Source: Bacteroidota bacterium
Lineage (GTDB): Bacteria; Bacteroidota; Bacteroidia; 2-12-FULL-35-15
Assembly (NCBI GenBank): GCA_029237775.1
Contig: JAQZBR010000003.1
Location: forward strand, 24,214 to 88,213
Direction of reading: 5' to 3'
DNA: 64,000 bases
In this document: piece after piece, positions 1-10,869 of the stretch
Layout: each line of letters starts with the position of its first letter
Position numbering within the stretch: the stretch's first letter is position 1
Program-made: the position numbers and the translations under genes
The notes under the pieces: model-generated
What the model saw: only the letters and a program-made list of their open reading frames with translations
What the model was told of the DNA's origin: nothing
Database searches by the model: none

Positions 1-2305
1 CTGACGATGTGATGTAAGTGTTCCTATAGTCTTTTCCTGCCTCAATAAAGAAATTGCGGATACCCTGTGGTAACTGTTCTTTTATTTTTACACGGGTTTC
101 TCCATGGCGGTCCATAATATAAATTTTCCCCTGCTGATCGATCACACATAAATGATCTTTAGCGTTCGACTTGAAATATTGCAAGGGAAGAAATACTGTA
201 TTGGTTGTTGAAGGTTCTTTGAATCCGGTAACACTCTCACCGTTTGATTTAAAGCACAGGATCTTTTTGTTCTCACAGGCGATAAAAATTCTATAATCGC
301 GGTTGCCTTCATAATCAATTACAGAAAGTGCATTTGTCGCAGGGGATTTTAAGTTGATCGGGAAACCGTTCATTTCATTGCCGTTTCGGTCGTACATGTA
401 AATGGAAGACCGTGTATTAAAGATCATTTGCAGCTTGTTATTTTTTAAGACGTCCACCTGTATGACATCACTCATGATCCTTTCGCTAAGCTGTTTGGTC
501 CAGATGATCTTTCCTGTATTGCTTATGAAATATAATTTGTTCGCATTATCCTGGATCAGTACATCCTTTGATTTGTTGTTGTGATTGGTAAGGAGGAATG
601 GTTTCGGGCTTACCGTTGTATCAAGCTGTGTTTCCCACAATGTACCAGCTTCCTGCTTGTATTCCGGATTATATTTTAAATAAATATTACTGTAAAAAAG
701 CTCATCACTATTATAGCTGAACTGGATGCCCGCAGATTCAAACTTCTGAAAGATCGGAAGCTTGCTGTCGATGTCTTTTCGTATCTGATCTGTGACCGCG
801 CCTTTGTAGAGATTCGTTGATCTGGCGATCGCGGAATAAATGTAGATGCTGGCTTCTTCCGAGATGTTTTCAGCAAAGGCCTGATAATTCTTGTTGTTGG
901 AAAGCGTTTTATTTCCTTCGTAATTGGTTATAAACCTCTGAAGAGCAATGTCACTGTTACCGAAAACAATGTAATCAGCAATGGAAGTAAAATAGCCTCC
1001 ATTTACATTTTTAAATTGGGAGCCATACGTGTTTTTTAAGAGGCCGGGAATGTTTAGCCTGTCAATCACATGATTGCGGAAGGATGTAGTATCTGTCTTT
1101 TCATTGTTGTATAGATCGCAAGTATCAGATAAAGAATATAGAATATTCTGAGCATTAAGAATGTCGTTTGTCTGAAATACTGCGTAGGTGTTTTCGCTCT
1201 GATTGTCAGAACCAGGTTCCGTGATTACCAACGCCATTTCATTGCCCGGCCAGCTGAGCATTTCCGTTTCAAATGTGCTGTGATATTTGTGCTCCAGCGT
1301 ATCCTGGAAATTTTTCTTGCCGGACCATAGAGAGTTTGCTTTTAAATATTTTTCATGCTCTCGCTGAAAAGCTTCCATATTGCTGATCCCGAAGTACATC
1401 AAATAAGCTGTTTCGGATGGAATTATTTCAGTGACATCGATGTGCTGCGGTTTCTGTTCCCTGAAAATATTAAGATAGTTGGATGCAGAGTCGTCTGAAG
1501 AAGTAAAGCCATTTAGCATCAGGGCATTCGGTTTTAGCGTAATGTCCCATCCGGAATAATCTGCGAAATGCTTTAAAGAACTGAGATCGCTTTTGCTTTC
1601 TTTTCTGATCGATCCTGTAAACAATTCAGGCAACAATTTATAGTTAATGTAAAAATTAGCATCCACATTCTTTCCGGCTGCATCAAGAACTGTCTTGAAG
1701 CTTTTATTTCCCGATAAATTCGTTTTAGAATTTAATTGATGAACGGAAGCATGCATTAATTCTGCATTGCTGCTCATAATGAGGATACCTGAAGCGATGC
1801 AGAAATTCAAAACGGGTTTACCCGGAATTTTAATCGCTCCTGTTTTTTCATTTTCGAACTCGGAATAAATAATTTCCTTGCGATTTATTTTTTCAAGAAA
1901 TTGTTCGGCTTGACCTTTATAGGTGAGGTTAGGGAGACTATAAACAAATAGCAGGTCATATGAACCTTTCTCATTCAAATGAGCCGACATTAAAACGGAA
2001 TGATCTTCCAGCAACGGAAGGATCAAAGGGTCCGTGTTCAGAATCGAATCAATGAAGTTTGCTTGTTTATCAATATTAGCAACCGTGGCTGTTCCCAGCA
2101 GCTCCTCCCACATGATGTTTGTCTGTGATAGTTTCTTCCAGGTCTCGAACGATTTTTTACTTTCAACGATAAAAGCGGCATCAGTCGGTATTGCGGTGAT
2201 TCCGGGTGCGACAGGTGTTGCTACTTTTTTGGTATAAAAGAACCAATAAATACTTCCGGCAAGGAATAAAGAAATGAAGGCACCGAAAAATATTTTTTTT
2301 CGCAT
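1..2305 (-). CDS. Large membrane-anchored/periplasmic hypothetical protein (DUF3352-like); 3' end runs off the window
   Basis: Absent from the ORF track because there is no stop in the window. ATG at 2305 gives MRKKIFFGAFISLFLAGSIYWFFY (N-terminal TM). The same frame still reads as protein at the left edge (NFFIEAGKDYRNTYITSS). Only spot-checked for internal stops. Confidence 0.75.
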   Translation of the reverse strand, partial: MRKKIFFGAFISLFLAGSIYWFFYTKKVATPVAPGITAIPTDAAFIVESKKSFETWKKLSQTNIMWEELLGTATVANIDKQANFIDSILNTDPLILPLLEDHSVLMSAHLNEKGSYDLLFVYSLPNLTYKGQAEQFLEKINRKEIIYSEFENEKTGAIKIPGKPVLNFCIASGILIMSSNAELMHASVHQLNSKTNLSGNKSFKTVLDAAGKNVDANFYINYKLLPELFTGSIRKESKSDLSSLKHFADYSGWDITLKPNALMLNGFTSSDDSASNYLNIFREQKPQHIDVTEIIPSETAYLMYFGISNMEAFQREHEKYLKANSLWSGKKNFQDTLEHKYHSTFETEMLSWPGNEMALVITEPGSDNQSENTYAVFQTNDILNAQNILYSLSDTCDLYNNEKTDTTSFRNHVIDRLNIPGLLKNTYGSQFKNVNGGYFTSIADYIVFGNSDIALQRFITNYEGNKTLSNNKNYQAFAENISEEASIYIYSAIARSTNLYKGAVTDQIRKDIDSKLPIFQKFESAGIQFSYNSDELFYSNIYLKYNPEYKQEAGTLWETQLDTTVSPKPFLLTNHNNKSKDVLIQDNANKLYFISNTGKIIWTKQLSERIMSDVIQVDVLKNNKLQMIFNTRSSIYMYDRNGNEMNGFPINLKSPATNALSVIDYEGNRDYRIFIACENKKILCFKSNGESVTGFKEPSTTNTVFLPLQYFKSNAKDHLCVIDQQGKIYIMDRHGETRVKIKEQLPQGIRNFFIEAGKDYRNTYITSS

Positions 2306-2387
2306 TGAAGTTAAGTAAGCATTGTAAAATTAAGGAATAGAAGAGGGGATGCTAGTACCAGGAAAGGAACTTACTAACACAAAAAGG

Positions 2388-3002
2388 TTAATCCAGCTCA
2401 GGCTCGAGCTCAAGCGCCATTTGATCAGGTGAAAGGGTGAAGCTTCTTCTGTGATGCTCAGTGATCCCGAACTCCTGAATCGCCAGACGGTGACTTTTGG
2501 TTGCGTAGGCTTTGTTGTTCATCCAGTCGTAATGCGGAAATGAGTGGTGCAGCTCTTTCATATAATCATCACGGTAAGTCTTTGCGAGGATGGATGCAGC
2601 TGCAATGCTCATGTATTTGCCATCGCCTTCAATGATGCAATGATGAGGGATGTCTTTGTATTTGTTAAAACGGTTACCATCAATAAGAAGGCTTTCCGGA
2701 ATCACCAGGAGTTGATCAATGGCCCGATGCATTGCCAGAAAAGACGCGTTCAGGATGTTGATCTTATCGATCTCTTCAGCTGAAACTGAAGCCACAGCAT
2801 ATGCTATCGCATTTTCTTCAATGATGGGACGAAGAAATTGTCGCTGCGCTTCATTGAGCTTTTTGGAATCATTCAGCAATGCATGCTTGAATTTCTTTGG
2901 CAGGATCACAGCGGCCGCAAACACGGGGCCTGCAAGGCAGCCTCTGCCGGCTTCATCACAGCCTGCTTCGATCTTGATCTTATCCAAATACTTTTTTAAC
3001 AT
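2388..3002 (-). CDS. rnhB: Ribonuclease HII
   Basis: [22 protein letters not shown] and [13 protein letters not shown] motifs. Confidence 0.97.
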   Translation of the reverse strand: MLKKYLDKIKIEAGCDEAGRGCLAGPVFAAAVILPKKFKHALLNDSKKLNEAQRQFLRPIIEENAIAYAVASVSAEEIDKINILNASFLAMHRAIDQLLVIPESLLIDGNRFNKYKDIPHHCIIEGDGKYMSIAAASILAKTYRDDYMKELHHSFPHYDWMNNKAYATKSHRLAIQEFGITEHHRRSFTLSPDQMALELEPELD

Positions 3003-3100
3003 GAAATGCTTGTTCCTATTGCGAAAATACGATTTTAGAAAGATAGATCACTGAAGAAGTTTTCCACAGCAGCAAAGTTAATGGTGGAAAAGTTAAATGG

Positions 3101-3423
3101 AAAAGTGGGAAAGTTAAATGTTAAAGGGGGAAACGTTTAAAGGTTTCTGATACTAAGTTTAATTTAAGGAGTGAACAGGTTTACATGCGCAATATGATTT
3201 AAATTTCGCCAAACCTTAGCGTCTTAGCCTTTGTGGTAAAGATTTAAGTTAGAAGTTAATAGTTAAAGGTTAAAAGTTAAAAGTGGAGGAAGTTAAATTG
3301 TTAGAGGGAAAAAAGTTAAAAATTTCTGATATTGAATATTAATGTTAGGAGTGAACAGTATTAAATGTGCGATATGATTTAAATAGGCGAAAACCTTAGC
3401 GTCTTAGCGCCTTTGTGGTTAAA
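3101..3423. repeat. Degenerate intergenic direct duplication with a 180-bp period
   Basis: AGGAGTGAACAG at 3167 and 3347; AAACCTTAGCGTCTTAGC at 3211 and 3391. Confidence 0.85.
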
Positions 3424-3430
3424 TTTAAAG

Positions 3431-3545
3431 CTTAGTGTTCTTAGTGCCTTAGTGGTGAAAAACTGAGCATATCCTCTGCGATCCTCCGCGTAATCCTCCG
3501 CGACCTCTGCGGTTAAACCTTTCTTAGTGCCCTCCGTGGTGAAAA
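3431..3545. repeat. Cluster of short CTTAGTG/CTCYGCG...GGTKAAA-type intergenic repeats; related copies at about 4852-4880 and 4957-4986
   Basis: CTTAGTGTTCTTAGTGCCTTAGTGGTGAAAA; CCTCTGCGATCCTCCGCGTAATCCTCCGCGACCTCTGCGGTTAAA; CTTCGTGCCTTTGCGCTTTTGCGGTAAAA. Confidence 0.7.
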
Positions 3546-3546
3546 A

Positions 3547-4674
3547 CTATCCTTTTACCGTTTTTATTACACTCTCCCACAAAGCCTCAGCTGTCTTATC
3601 CCAACTGTAATTGAGCTTACGCAGCCTTCCTTTTTCAATCAGGTTTTTCCGTAATTCCGGTTGTGAATAGATTTTGAACATGCCTTCAGAGATCGAATCA
3701 ACAGAGAATGGATCAACTAATAGAGCTGCGTCACCTGCTACTTCAGGCATGGAAGTGACATTGCTTGTGATCACAGGTGTGTCACAATTCATTGCCTCGA
3801 GGATAGGAATCCCAAAGCCTTCAAAATAAGGAACGTAAGTGAGCGCCAGTGCAGAGCCTAGAACATTTTTCAGTTCTTTACTCGTTAGACGGCCGGTAAA
3901 CACCACATCCTTTTTGTATTTCATTCCGATGTATGTCCTTTTTATCGCTGAGGTCCAATAATACTTTTCCCCAACGATAACAAGTTTTACATCACTTTGC
4001 GATCTCGATTTGAACTCATCAAAAGCTTCAAATAAACGTGAAATGTTTTTACGTGGGTGCAATGCGCCAACGAAAAGAAAATACTCTTTTGATTCGCTGT
4101 ATTTAAGTCGGGTAGCTGCTTGTATTTCTGCATTAACAGGCGAATACATCGTATTGCAACCATTGTTCACAACGTCAATCTTAGCTGCGTCTATTCCGTA
4201 TGTTTTTACAATGTCCTTTTTGGAAAATTCGGAAACAGTGGCTATTCTGCTGGCCTTTCTGGCAAAACGGGGGAAGAAGTATTTATAATACTTTCTTACT
4301 GTGAATGAAACGTCATTGGGATAGTGCTCAAAATTAAGATCATGGATCACAGCGAGCTGCTTACATTTGCTGTTGAGCGATAAGTATCCATCAGGTGAAA
4401 TGAAAATATCCGGCTTTAATTTGTTAAGAACGCTGGCGACAGAAAACTCGAACCAAAGCCAGAAAAGAATGGGATGACGTGCTTGTGGTGAAAGGATCAA
4501 GGGCGTAACGTTATCTGCGAAAAGAAACTCCTCATCAAAATCCCGGTCGAACAAAAAGATAAAATGATGTTCAGGATGATTGTTGGTGATTCGCTTAAGT
4601 GTTTCATAGCTGAACCAGCCAATGCCTTCAAGCTTATTCTTTAATAAAAGTCGGGTGTTTACAACGATCTCCAT
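3547..4674 (-). CDS. Glycosyltransferase family 4 (GT-B)
   Basis: FEGFGIPILEAM EX7E motif; start taken at ATG 4674 (MEIVVNTRLL). Confidence 0.93.
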   Translation of the reverse strand: MEIVVNTRLLLKNKLEGIGWFSYETLKRITNNHPEHHFIFLFDRDFDEEFLFADNVTPLILSPQARHPILFWLWFEFSVASVLNKLKPDIFISPDGYLSLNSKCKQLAVIHDLNFEHYPNDVSFTVRKYYKYFFPRFARKASRIATVSEFSKKDIVKTYGIDAAKIDVVNNGCNTMYSPVNAEIQAATRLKYSESKEYFLFVGALHPRKNISRLFEAFDEFKSRSQSDVKLVIVGEKYYWTSAIKRTYIGMKYKKDVVFTGRLTSKELKNVLGSALALTYVPYFEGFGIPILEAMNCDTPVITSNVTSMPEVAGDAALLVDPFSVDSISEGMFKIYSQPELRKNLIEKGRLRKLNYSWDKTAEALWESVIKTVKG

Positions 4675-5027
4675 GTCTGTCCCGCGAAAATAAGGATTAT
4701 TCAAGAAGTCAAAAGAGAAAAAAGTCAAAATTCAAAAAGGATTATAGCAAGCTTAGTCATTAATCCTCGCAGACTTCGTCTGATGCAACCGTTGGGAAAT
4801 CACCTTTAGAAGTGAACAGTTCAATGTAATAAAATGAAAAACATTAAAAATCTTCGTGCCTTTGCGCTTTTGCGGTAAAAATCCTTCTGTATGTCCATAT
4901 ACAAAAGAACCTGATTCTATGCGATAAAGATTGGTACCGTCAATCTCAGTAAAGATCTTAATGTCCTTAGTGCCTAAGTGGTAAAAAAAGCGTGCAATTC
5001 CCATAAAAATTATACTTTTGCAGCCTG

Positions 5028-5762
5028 ATGAAAAATGCCGCGAAATACATTCTGCATAAATTATTAGGCTTTAAAAATTATCTTTTTGTTTTTTCCCTTT
5101 TTAAGATCTATACATTAAAACGTGATAAAAATGAAAAAGACTTTTTTCAGTTTCTCGGCCTGATCCCGGAAAATACGGCTGTGCTTGATATTGGCGCGAA
5201 TATCGGGATCATGACTGTTTATCTTGCAAAGATCAGAAATTGCGAAGTGTTCAGCTTCGAGCCTATGCCTAATAACATCAGTGCATTTAAACGGATTGTC
5301 GATCATTTCAAATTAAATAACGTAAGACTTTTTGAAATGGCTCTCGGTAATCATGAGGGCGAAGCGGAGATGGTAATGCCTGTAATCAGCTCTGTCAGAA
5401 TGCAGGGTCTCAGTCACGTAGTACATGAATCCATTCCCGAAAACAATGAAGGTGAACGCTTTAAGGTTCCTTTACGGATGCTTGACAAACTGCCCGAACT
5501 TATCTCCTGCAGCAAACGCATTAGTGCTATTAAAATCGATGTAGAAAATTTCGAGTTTTTTGTCCTGGATGGTGCAAAAACACTTATCTCTCGAAATAAA
5601 CCCGTTATATATGCGGAGTTATGGGATAATGATAACCGTTACAAGTGTTTTGACCTTCTTGAAAATCTTAATTATAACACTTATGTTGCTGTAAATGAGA
5701 AGCTTGTTTTGTTTGATCCTTCCACTCACATTAAACAGAATTTTATCTTTATACCTGCCTAA
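5028..5762 (+). CDS. FkbM family SAM-dependent methyltransferase
   Basis: VLDIGANIG, FSFEP and IKIDVE motifs; TACTTTTG box just upstream. Confidence 0.92.
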   Translation: MKNAAKYILHKLLGFKNYLFVFSLFKIYTLKRDKNEKDFFQFLGLIPENTAVLDIGANIGIMTVYLAKIRNCEVFSFEPMPNNISAFKRIVDHFKLNNVRLFEMALGNHEGEAEMVMPVISSVRMQGLSHVVHESIPENNEGERFKVPLRMLDKLPELISCSKRISAIKIDVENFEFFVLDGAKTLISRNKPVIYAELWDNDNRYKCFDLLENLNYNTYVAVNEKLVLFDPSTHIKQNFIFIPA

Positions 5763-5780
5763 AATCATTATTTTTACCCG

Positions 5781-7262
5781 ATGCAAAAGAAGTTTGTTGC
5801 CAATCTGGCTTTCCTGCTTGTCCTCAATCTGCTAATTAAGTCGGTTTACATTCTTGGTTTCGACAGGGCAGTTCAGAATGAAGTGGGCCCGGCAAGTTTC
5901 GGGATCTATTTTGCGATCTTCAATTTCTCGTTCATCCTTACCATCATCCTGGATTTCGGGATCACGAATTTCAACAATAAGAACATTGCCCAGAATAATC
6001 ACCTTCTCACCAAGCATTTTTCGGGGCTGTTTACATTAAAGCTCATCCTGGCGGTTATCTACATCATTGTTGTGGTGGTGACGGGCTTCCTGATCGGCTA
6101 CGATACCCGTTTAATGAAGCTTTTACTTGTGCAGGGCTTCAACATGTTCCTGCTTTTCTTCATTAATTACCTGCGCTCCAATCTGGCCGGACTCCATCTT
6201 TTCAAAACCGATGCGATCGTTTCCGTAATGGACCGCTCGATCATGATCGTGCTGTGTATCATCATGCTTAAATCGGGAATTTTAAAAGATCCTGACGGAG
6301 ACGGGATCATGTATTTTGTTTACGCGCAGACCTTTTCATACCTGATCAGCGCTGTCACAGCCTTTATCATTATTTTAAGTAAAACTCATTCGTTCAAATT
6401 TCAGTGGAACTTCCCTTTTTCCCTGATGATCCTCAAAAAAAGCCTCCCTTTCGCGATCCTTACGCTTTTAATGTCCTTCTATAACCGTATCGATTCAGTA
6501 ATGATCGAAAGGATCCTGCCAAACGGAGACGTGCAGTCGGGAATCTATGCCCAGGCGTTCAGGTTGCTGGATGCGACAAACATGATCGCCTTTTTAACTG
6601 CCGGGATGCTTCTTCCTGTATTTTCGAGAATGTTGAAGTATAAGGAATCGGTGGAGCCACTCGTGAAGCTTATCAGCACGTTATTACTGACCCCCGCAAT
6701 TGTCATTGGCGTTGGTTGTGTGTTTTACGGCAGGGAGCTGATGGAGATGTTGTATCCAAGACATCCGGAAGAGACCATGGCCGATTACCTGCTTCATCTC
6801 GATCAATCTTCAAATATATTCGGCTTGCTGATGCTAAGCTTTATTGCCGTTGCCACGACTTACATTTTCGGGACACTGTTAACAGCCAACGGTAACATGA
6901 AACAGCTGAATATCATGGCTGCTTTCGGAATGATACTGAATGTTACGCTTAACTACATCCTTATCAGCAGGCTTGAGGCTTTCGGCTCCGCTATATCCAG
7001 CATGATCACTCAGTTCCTCACAGCGGGGATCCAGGTATTCATCGCTCAGAAGATCTTCAAGTTCAAGGTGAATTACCGACTGATCAATACTTTTATCATG
7101 TATGCCGTAGGCGTTGTTGCCATCAATTACGGCAGCCATGAAATGCTTCACTTTCACTGGATCCTGAATTTTGTTATAATGGTTGTGTCCTGCGGGTTGT
7201 GGGCCTTCATAACCGGTATAATCAGCATTAAATCGATCTTCCGTTTGCTCAAATACGGCTAA
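5781..7262 (+). CDS. Oligosaccharide flippase (Wzx/MOP family)
   Basis: Polytopic membrane protein with ILDFGI, RIDSVMI and GIYAQAFRL motifs; glycan-cluster context. Confidence 0.88.
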   Translation: MQKKFVANLAFLLVLNLLIKSVYILGFDRAVQNEVGPASFGIYFAIFNFSFILTIILDFGITNFNNKNIAQNNHLLTKHFSGLFTLKLILAVIYIIVVVVTGFLIGYDTRLMKLLLVQGFNMFLLFFINYLRSNLAGLHLFKTDAIVSVMDRSIMIVLCIIMLKSGILKDPDGDGIMYFVYAQTFSYLISAVTAFIIILSKTHSFKFQWNFPFSLMILKKSLPFAILTLLMSFYNRIDSVMIERILPNGDVQSGIYAQAFRLLDATNMIAFLTAGMLLPVFSRMLKYKESVEPLVKLISTLLLTPAIVIGVGCVFYGRELMEMLYPRHPEETMADYLLHLDQSSNIFGLLMLSFIAVATTYIFGTLLTANGNMKQLNIMAAFGMILNVTLNYILISRLEAFGSAISSMITQFLTAGIQVFIAQKIFKFKVNYRLINTFIMYAVGVVAINYGSHEMLHFHWILNFVIMVVSCGLWAFITGIISIKSIFRLLKYG

Positions 7263-7407
7263 AACCTATTAATTGGGCCATATGGCAATTTTTTCTATTT
7301 TTGTCGTCCTGGTAATTTTATTAGAATCCCAGAATATGAAATCGGCATCAACAAAAGGAAAAATTAAATAATGGCCTTTACATATTACCATAAAATAAAT
7401 TAATAAT

Positions 7408-8424
7408 ATGAATAAAAGAGCTTCAACGCCAGATGACTTCAACTCATTGAACGTACTTTTCTTTGTCTATAAGTGGCGCAAGCAATTAGGGTTGGTGGGG
7501 ATCTCTGCTTTTATCATTTCCTGCATAATCGCATTAACCATTCAGGAAAAATATAAATCATCCGTTATCTTATTTCCGGCAACAACCAATTCCATATCCA
7601 AAGCCTTACTGACTGACAACAATAATTCAAATGAGGATGTTCTCCAGTTTGGTGAGGAGGAAGAAGCAGAGCAGATGCTACAGATCCTGAGTTCCGATGA
7701 GGTCCGTTCCCGGATCTGTGAAAAGTATCATCTGATGGAGCATTACGGAATCGATCCCGATGACCAGTATAAGAGAACAAAATTATACGATGAATTTCTT
7801 CAGAACATAAATTTTAAACGGACTGAATATATGTCGGTGAAGATCGAGGTGATGGACGAAAGTGCTGACACTGCCGCGCTCATCGCTAATGATATAGCTG
7901 CTTTACACGATTCTACGAAAACACGCATTCAGCATGAGCGTGCCAGGGAAGCTTTGAAGATCGTTGAGCGCGAATATCTGGCCAAGCAAAAGGAGATCCG
8001 TAAAATGGAGGACTCAATAAAGGTTTTGAACAGTTATGGCGTGTTTGATTATGAATCTCAGTCTGAAGTTACGAGTGAGCAATATGCTATCGCCATTTCA
8101 AAAAATGATCAGAGAGCGATCAAATCACTGGAAGAAAAGCTGGAAGTGATCGGAAAGTATGGAAGTGCTTATGTTTCTTTACGTGATGACCTTGTACTGC
8201 AGCGTAAACAAATGAATCTTCTCAAATCGAAATATGATGAGGCGAAAGTGGATGCTGAGCAGGTGCTTTCACAAAAGTTTGTTGTGAGCAACGCTTTTCC
8301 TGCGGAGAAAAAATCATATCCCATCCGTTGGCTGATCGTTGTGGTTTCCACACTTTCAGCTTTGCTGATCGCGGTTATTACCATTTTGCTTGTTGAGAAT
8401 ATCAAGCAGTTCCGTTTAAGATAA
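7408..8424 (+). CDS. Wzz-like polysaccharide co-polymerase / chain-length determinant
   Basis: Two terminal TMs, a coiled-coil middle and a Pro-rich AFPAEKKSYPIRW before TM2. Confidence 0.85.
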   Translation: MNKRASTPDDFNSLNVLFFVYKWRKQLGLVGISAFIISCIIALTIQEKYKSSVILFPATTNSISKALLTDNNNSNEDVLQFGEEEEAEQMLQILSSDEVRSRICEKYHLMEHYGIDPDDQYKRTKLYDEFLQNINFKRTEYMSVKIEVMDESADTAALIANDIAALHDSTKTRIQHERAREALKIVEREYLAKQKEIRKMEDSIKVLNSYGVFDYESQSEVTSEQYAIAISKNDQRAIKSLEEKLEVIGKYGSAYVSLRDDLVLQRKQMNLLKSKYDEAKVDAEQVLSQKFVVSNAFPAEKKSYPIRWLIVVVSTLSALLIAVITILLVENIKQFRLR

Positions 8425-8455
8425 TTTATCCGAATTTATAAAATCAAATTTTACA

Positions 8456-9412
8456 ATGGAAGAATACAGACAGAGTGCCTTTTATTACATAAGGCTTTTA
8501 GGGAAATGGAAGATTCACTTTTTATTGATCACCATTATTTCTGCTTTAGCGGCTGCGTTATTTTCGAGCTCATTTTTTATAAGACCAAGATATAAATCAA
8601 GTGCTACGGTTTATCCTGCTAACATTCTTCCATTCAGTGAAGAAAGTGCAACCGAACAGCTTCTGCAAATGCTTCAATCAGCTTATGTGCGTGACGAGGT
8701 GATCAGAAAGTTCGATCTTGCAAAACATTATAACATTGACACTGCCGCGAAAGAAGGACGTACAGCCTTATTGAATACATATCAGTCGTTTGTGTCGATC
8801 TCAAAAAACCAATACGAGTCGGTAGATATCGAGGTAACAGACACAGATCCTCAGATGGCGAGCGACATGGTCAGTACGATCGTTTTTGCCCTGAATAAGA
8901 AGATCAGTACGCTTCACAAGCAAAAGACAACTGAAGTAAGAGATGTTTTAGCAAAACAAATGAAATTGAAGAGCGACCAGCTGGATTCGCTCAACAAAGT
9001 GCTTCAGGAGCTTCGCGTAAAATATCATATTCTCGATTATAATATTCAGGTAAAAGAGGCATCCAAAGGTTATATGAAATCAGTTGCCGTTGGTAAAGGG
9101 TCAAAGGATATAGACGACCTATTGAGGAATCTTGAGGAAAAGGGTGGCGAATACTATAAAACGAAAACTATTTATGATGGTGTTTTGAACGCCTACACGC
9201 TTGTAAGAAACGATTTTGATAATACTTTTAAAGAGCTGAATAAGAATTTTACTTATACATACGTTGTATCTGATCCTACACCTTCTGATAAAAAGTCGTA
9301 TCCTGTGCGCTGGTTAATTGTCCTTATCTCTGTGGTAGCGGCTAATATGTTCTTATTCGCAATAGTGATCATCAACGACTACAAAAAACGTATTCAGGAC
9401 AACAGGCTGTGA
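8456..9412 (+). CDS. Second Wzz-like chain-length determinant
   Basis: Same architecture; PRYKSSA, EQLLQML and PSDKKSYPVRW motifs; paralog of the upstream gene. Confidence 0.85.
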   Translation: MEEYRQSAFYYIRLLGKWKIHFLLITIISALAAALFSSSFFIRPRYKSSATVYPANILPFSEESATEQLLQMLQSAYVRDEVIRKFDLAKHYNIDTAAKEGRTALLNTYQSFVSISKNQYESVDIEVTDTDPQMASDMVSTIVFALNKKISTLHKQKTTEVRDVLAKQMKLKSDQLDSLNKVLQELRVKYHILDYNIQVKEASKGYMKSVAVGKGSKDIDDLLRNLEEKGGEYYKTKTIYDGVLNAYTLVRNDFDNTFKELNKNFTYTYVVSDPTPSDKKSYPVRWLIVLISVVAANMFLFAIVIINDYKKRIQDNRL

Positions 9413-10869
9413 TCAAGGAGAAAAATTTAAAATGGGTTTACACTCTTGCAGTTGCGTTTATTCTGATAAACGCAGTTTGTACCTATTTTGAATTCTATTA
9501 TTTTAATCTTGTTCCCGCTGCGATCCTTATTCTTTTACTCGCAGCATTTTCTCTCGATAAGCTGATCCTTCTTGTCGTTTTTCTGACACCTTTTGCAATC
9601 AATCTTCAGGATCTGGAAGGAGGTCTCGGATTAAGCATTCCGACAGAGCCGATAATCTTCGGCATCATGCTCATCTTTCTTCTGAAGCAATTACATCAAC
9701 TGAGCTTTGATCCGGATGTGATTCGCCACCCGGTGACAATTGCTGTGGTGATGAACCTTACCTGGATCTTCATAACGTCAATTACCAGCGATCTTCCAAT
9801 CGTATCCTTTAAATTTCTGATCGCAAGATTATGGTTTGTGGTTGTGTTTTATTTCCTGGGAACAAGGCTGTTCAAAAAGTACAAGAACATCAAGATCTTC
9901 ATCTGGCTATATCTTATTCCTTTTTGCGTGATCATCATCTATACTCTTTACTCACATGCGCAGGTGAATTTTGACGAGCAGATCGCCAACTACATTATGT
10001 CGCCATTTTATAATGACCACACCGTTTATGGCGCTATGTTGGCCATGTTCCTTCCTGTACTTATCTTTTTTACGGTAAACAGGAAATATTCCGCAATTAT
10101 CCGTTTCACTGCCGTGCTGTTGCTTGTTGTTTATATTCTTGGCCTCATATTCTCCTATACCCGTGCCGCCTGGGTTAGCCTTGCGGTTGCGTTGATCGCG
10201 TTGATCCTTCTGCAGTTAAAAGTGAAGTTTAAATTTTTATTAATGGCCTTTGCTGCTGTCGCAACTCTGGCGTTTATCTATCAGACGGATATCGTTATGA
10301 AGCTTGAGAAGAATCGTCAGGATGCTTCACAGGATTTTGATAAGCACATCGAATCTATTTCCAATATCTCAACGGATGCATCCAACCTTGAGCGTATCAA
10401 CCGATGGAATGCGGCCTTAAGGATGTTTCATGAACGGCCTTTTTTCGGATGGGGTCCGGGCACATACAGCTTCGAATACGCTCCGTTCCAGCACGCGAAA
10501 GAAAAAACTATCATCAGCACAAATATGGGTGATAAAGGGAATGCGCACAGCGAATACATCGGGCCGCTTTGTGAGTCAGGTTTCCTTGGACTGCTGACCT
10601 TTCTTACAATTATCATCTGCGTGCTGTCCACCGCTTTCCGTTTGTATTATACACTGAAGGATTATGAAACGAGGATAATGGTTCTGTGCCTGCTTTTAGG
10701 ATTCATCACCTACATAACACATGGTGCATTAAATAATTTCCTCGATACAGATAAAGCGTCAGTTCCTTTCTGGGGATTTGTGGCAATGATCGTTGCGATA
10801 GATGTGTATCACCGGAATACTGAAATTCAGGAAGTGAAAGGGAATACAATTGCAGCTAGTGCATCCTGA
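9409..10869 (+). CDS. O-antigen ligase/polymerase family (Wzy_C) protein
   Basis: SYTRAAW, ERINRW, PFFGWGPG and NAHSEY motifs; many TMs. Confidence 0.9.
   Translation: MIKEKNLKWVYTLAVAFILINAVCTYFEFYYFNLVPAAILILLLAAFSLDKLILLVVFLTPFAINLQDLEGGLGLSIPTEPIIFGIMLIFLLKQLHQLSFDPDVIRHPVTIAVVMNLTWIFITSITSDLPIVSFKFLIARLWFVVVFYFLGTRLFKKYKNIKIFIWLYLIPFCVIIIYTLYSHAQVNFDEQIANYIMSPFYNDHTVYGAMLAMFLPVLIFFTVNRKYSAIIRFTAVLLLVVYILGLIFSYTRAAWVSLAVALIALILLQLKVKFKFLLMAFAAVATLAFIYQTDIVMKLEKNRQDASQDFDKHIESISNISTDASNLERINRWNAALRMFHERPFFGWGPGTYSFEYAPFQHAKEKTIISTNMGDKGNAHSEYIGPLCESGFLGLLTFLTIIICVLSTAFRLYYTLKDYETRIMVLCLLLGFITYITHGALNNFLDTDKASVPFWGFVAMIVAIDVYHRNTEIQEVKGNTIAASAS

Noticed and set aside
402-2237. Short ORFs at 402, 676 and 2034
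   Set aside because: They lie within the long minus-strand gene 1-2305. Other antisense or nested ORFs inside confident genes across the window were rejected for the same reason.
3101-3545. CRISPR array
   Set aside because: Only two long degenerate copies, the intervening sequence is also homologous, there are no unique spacers, and no cas genes are present.
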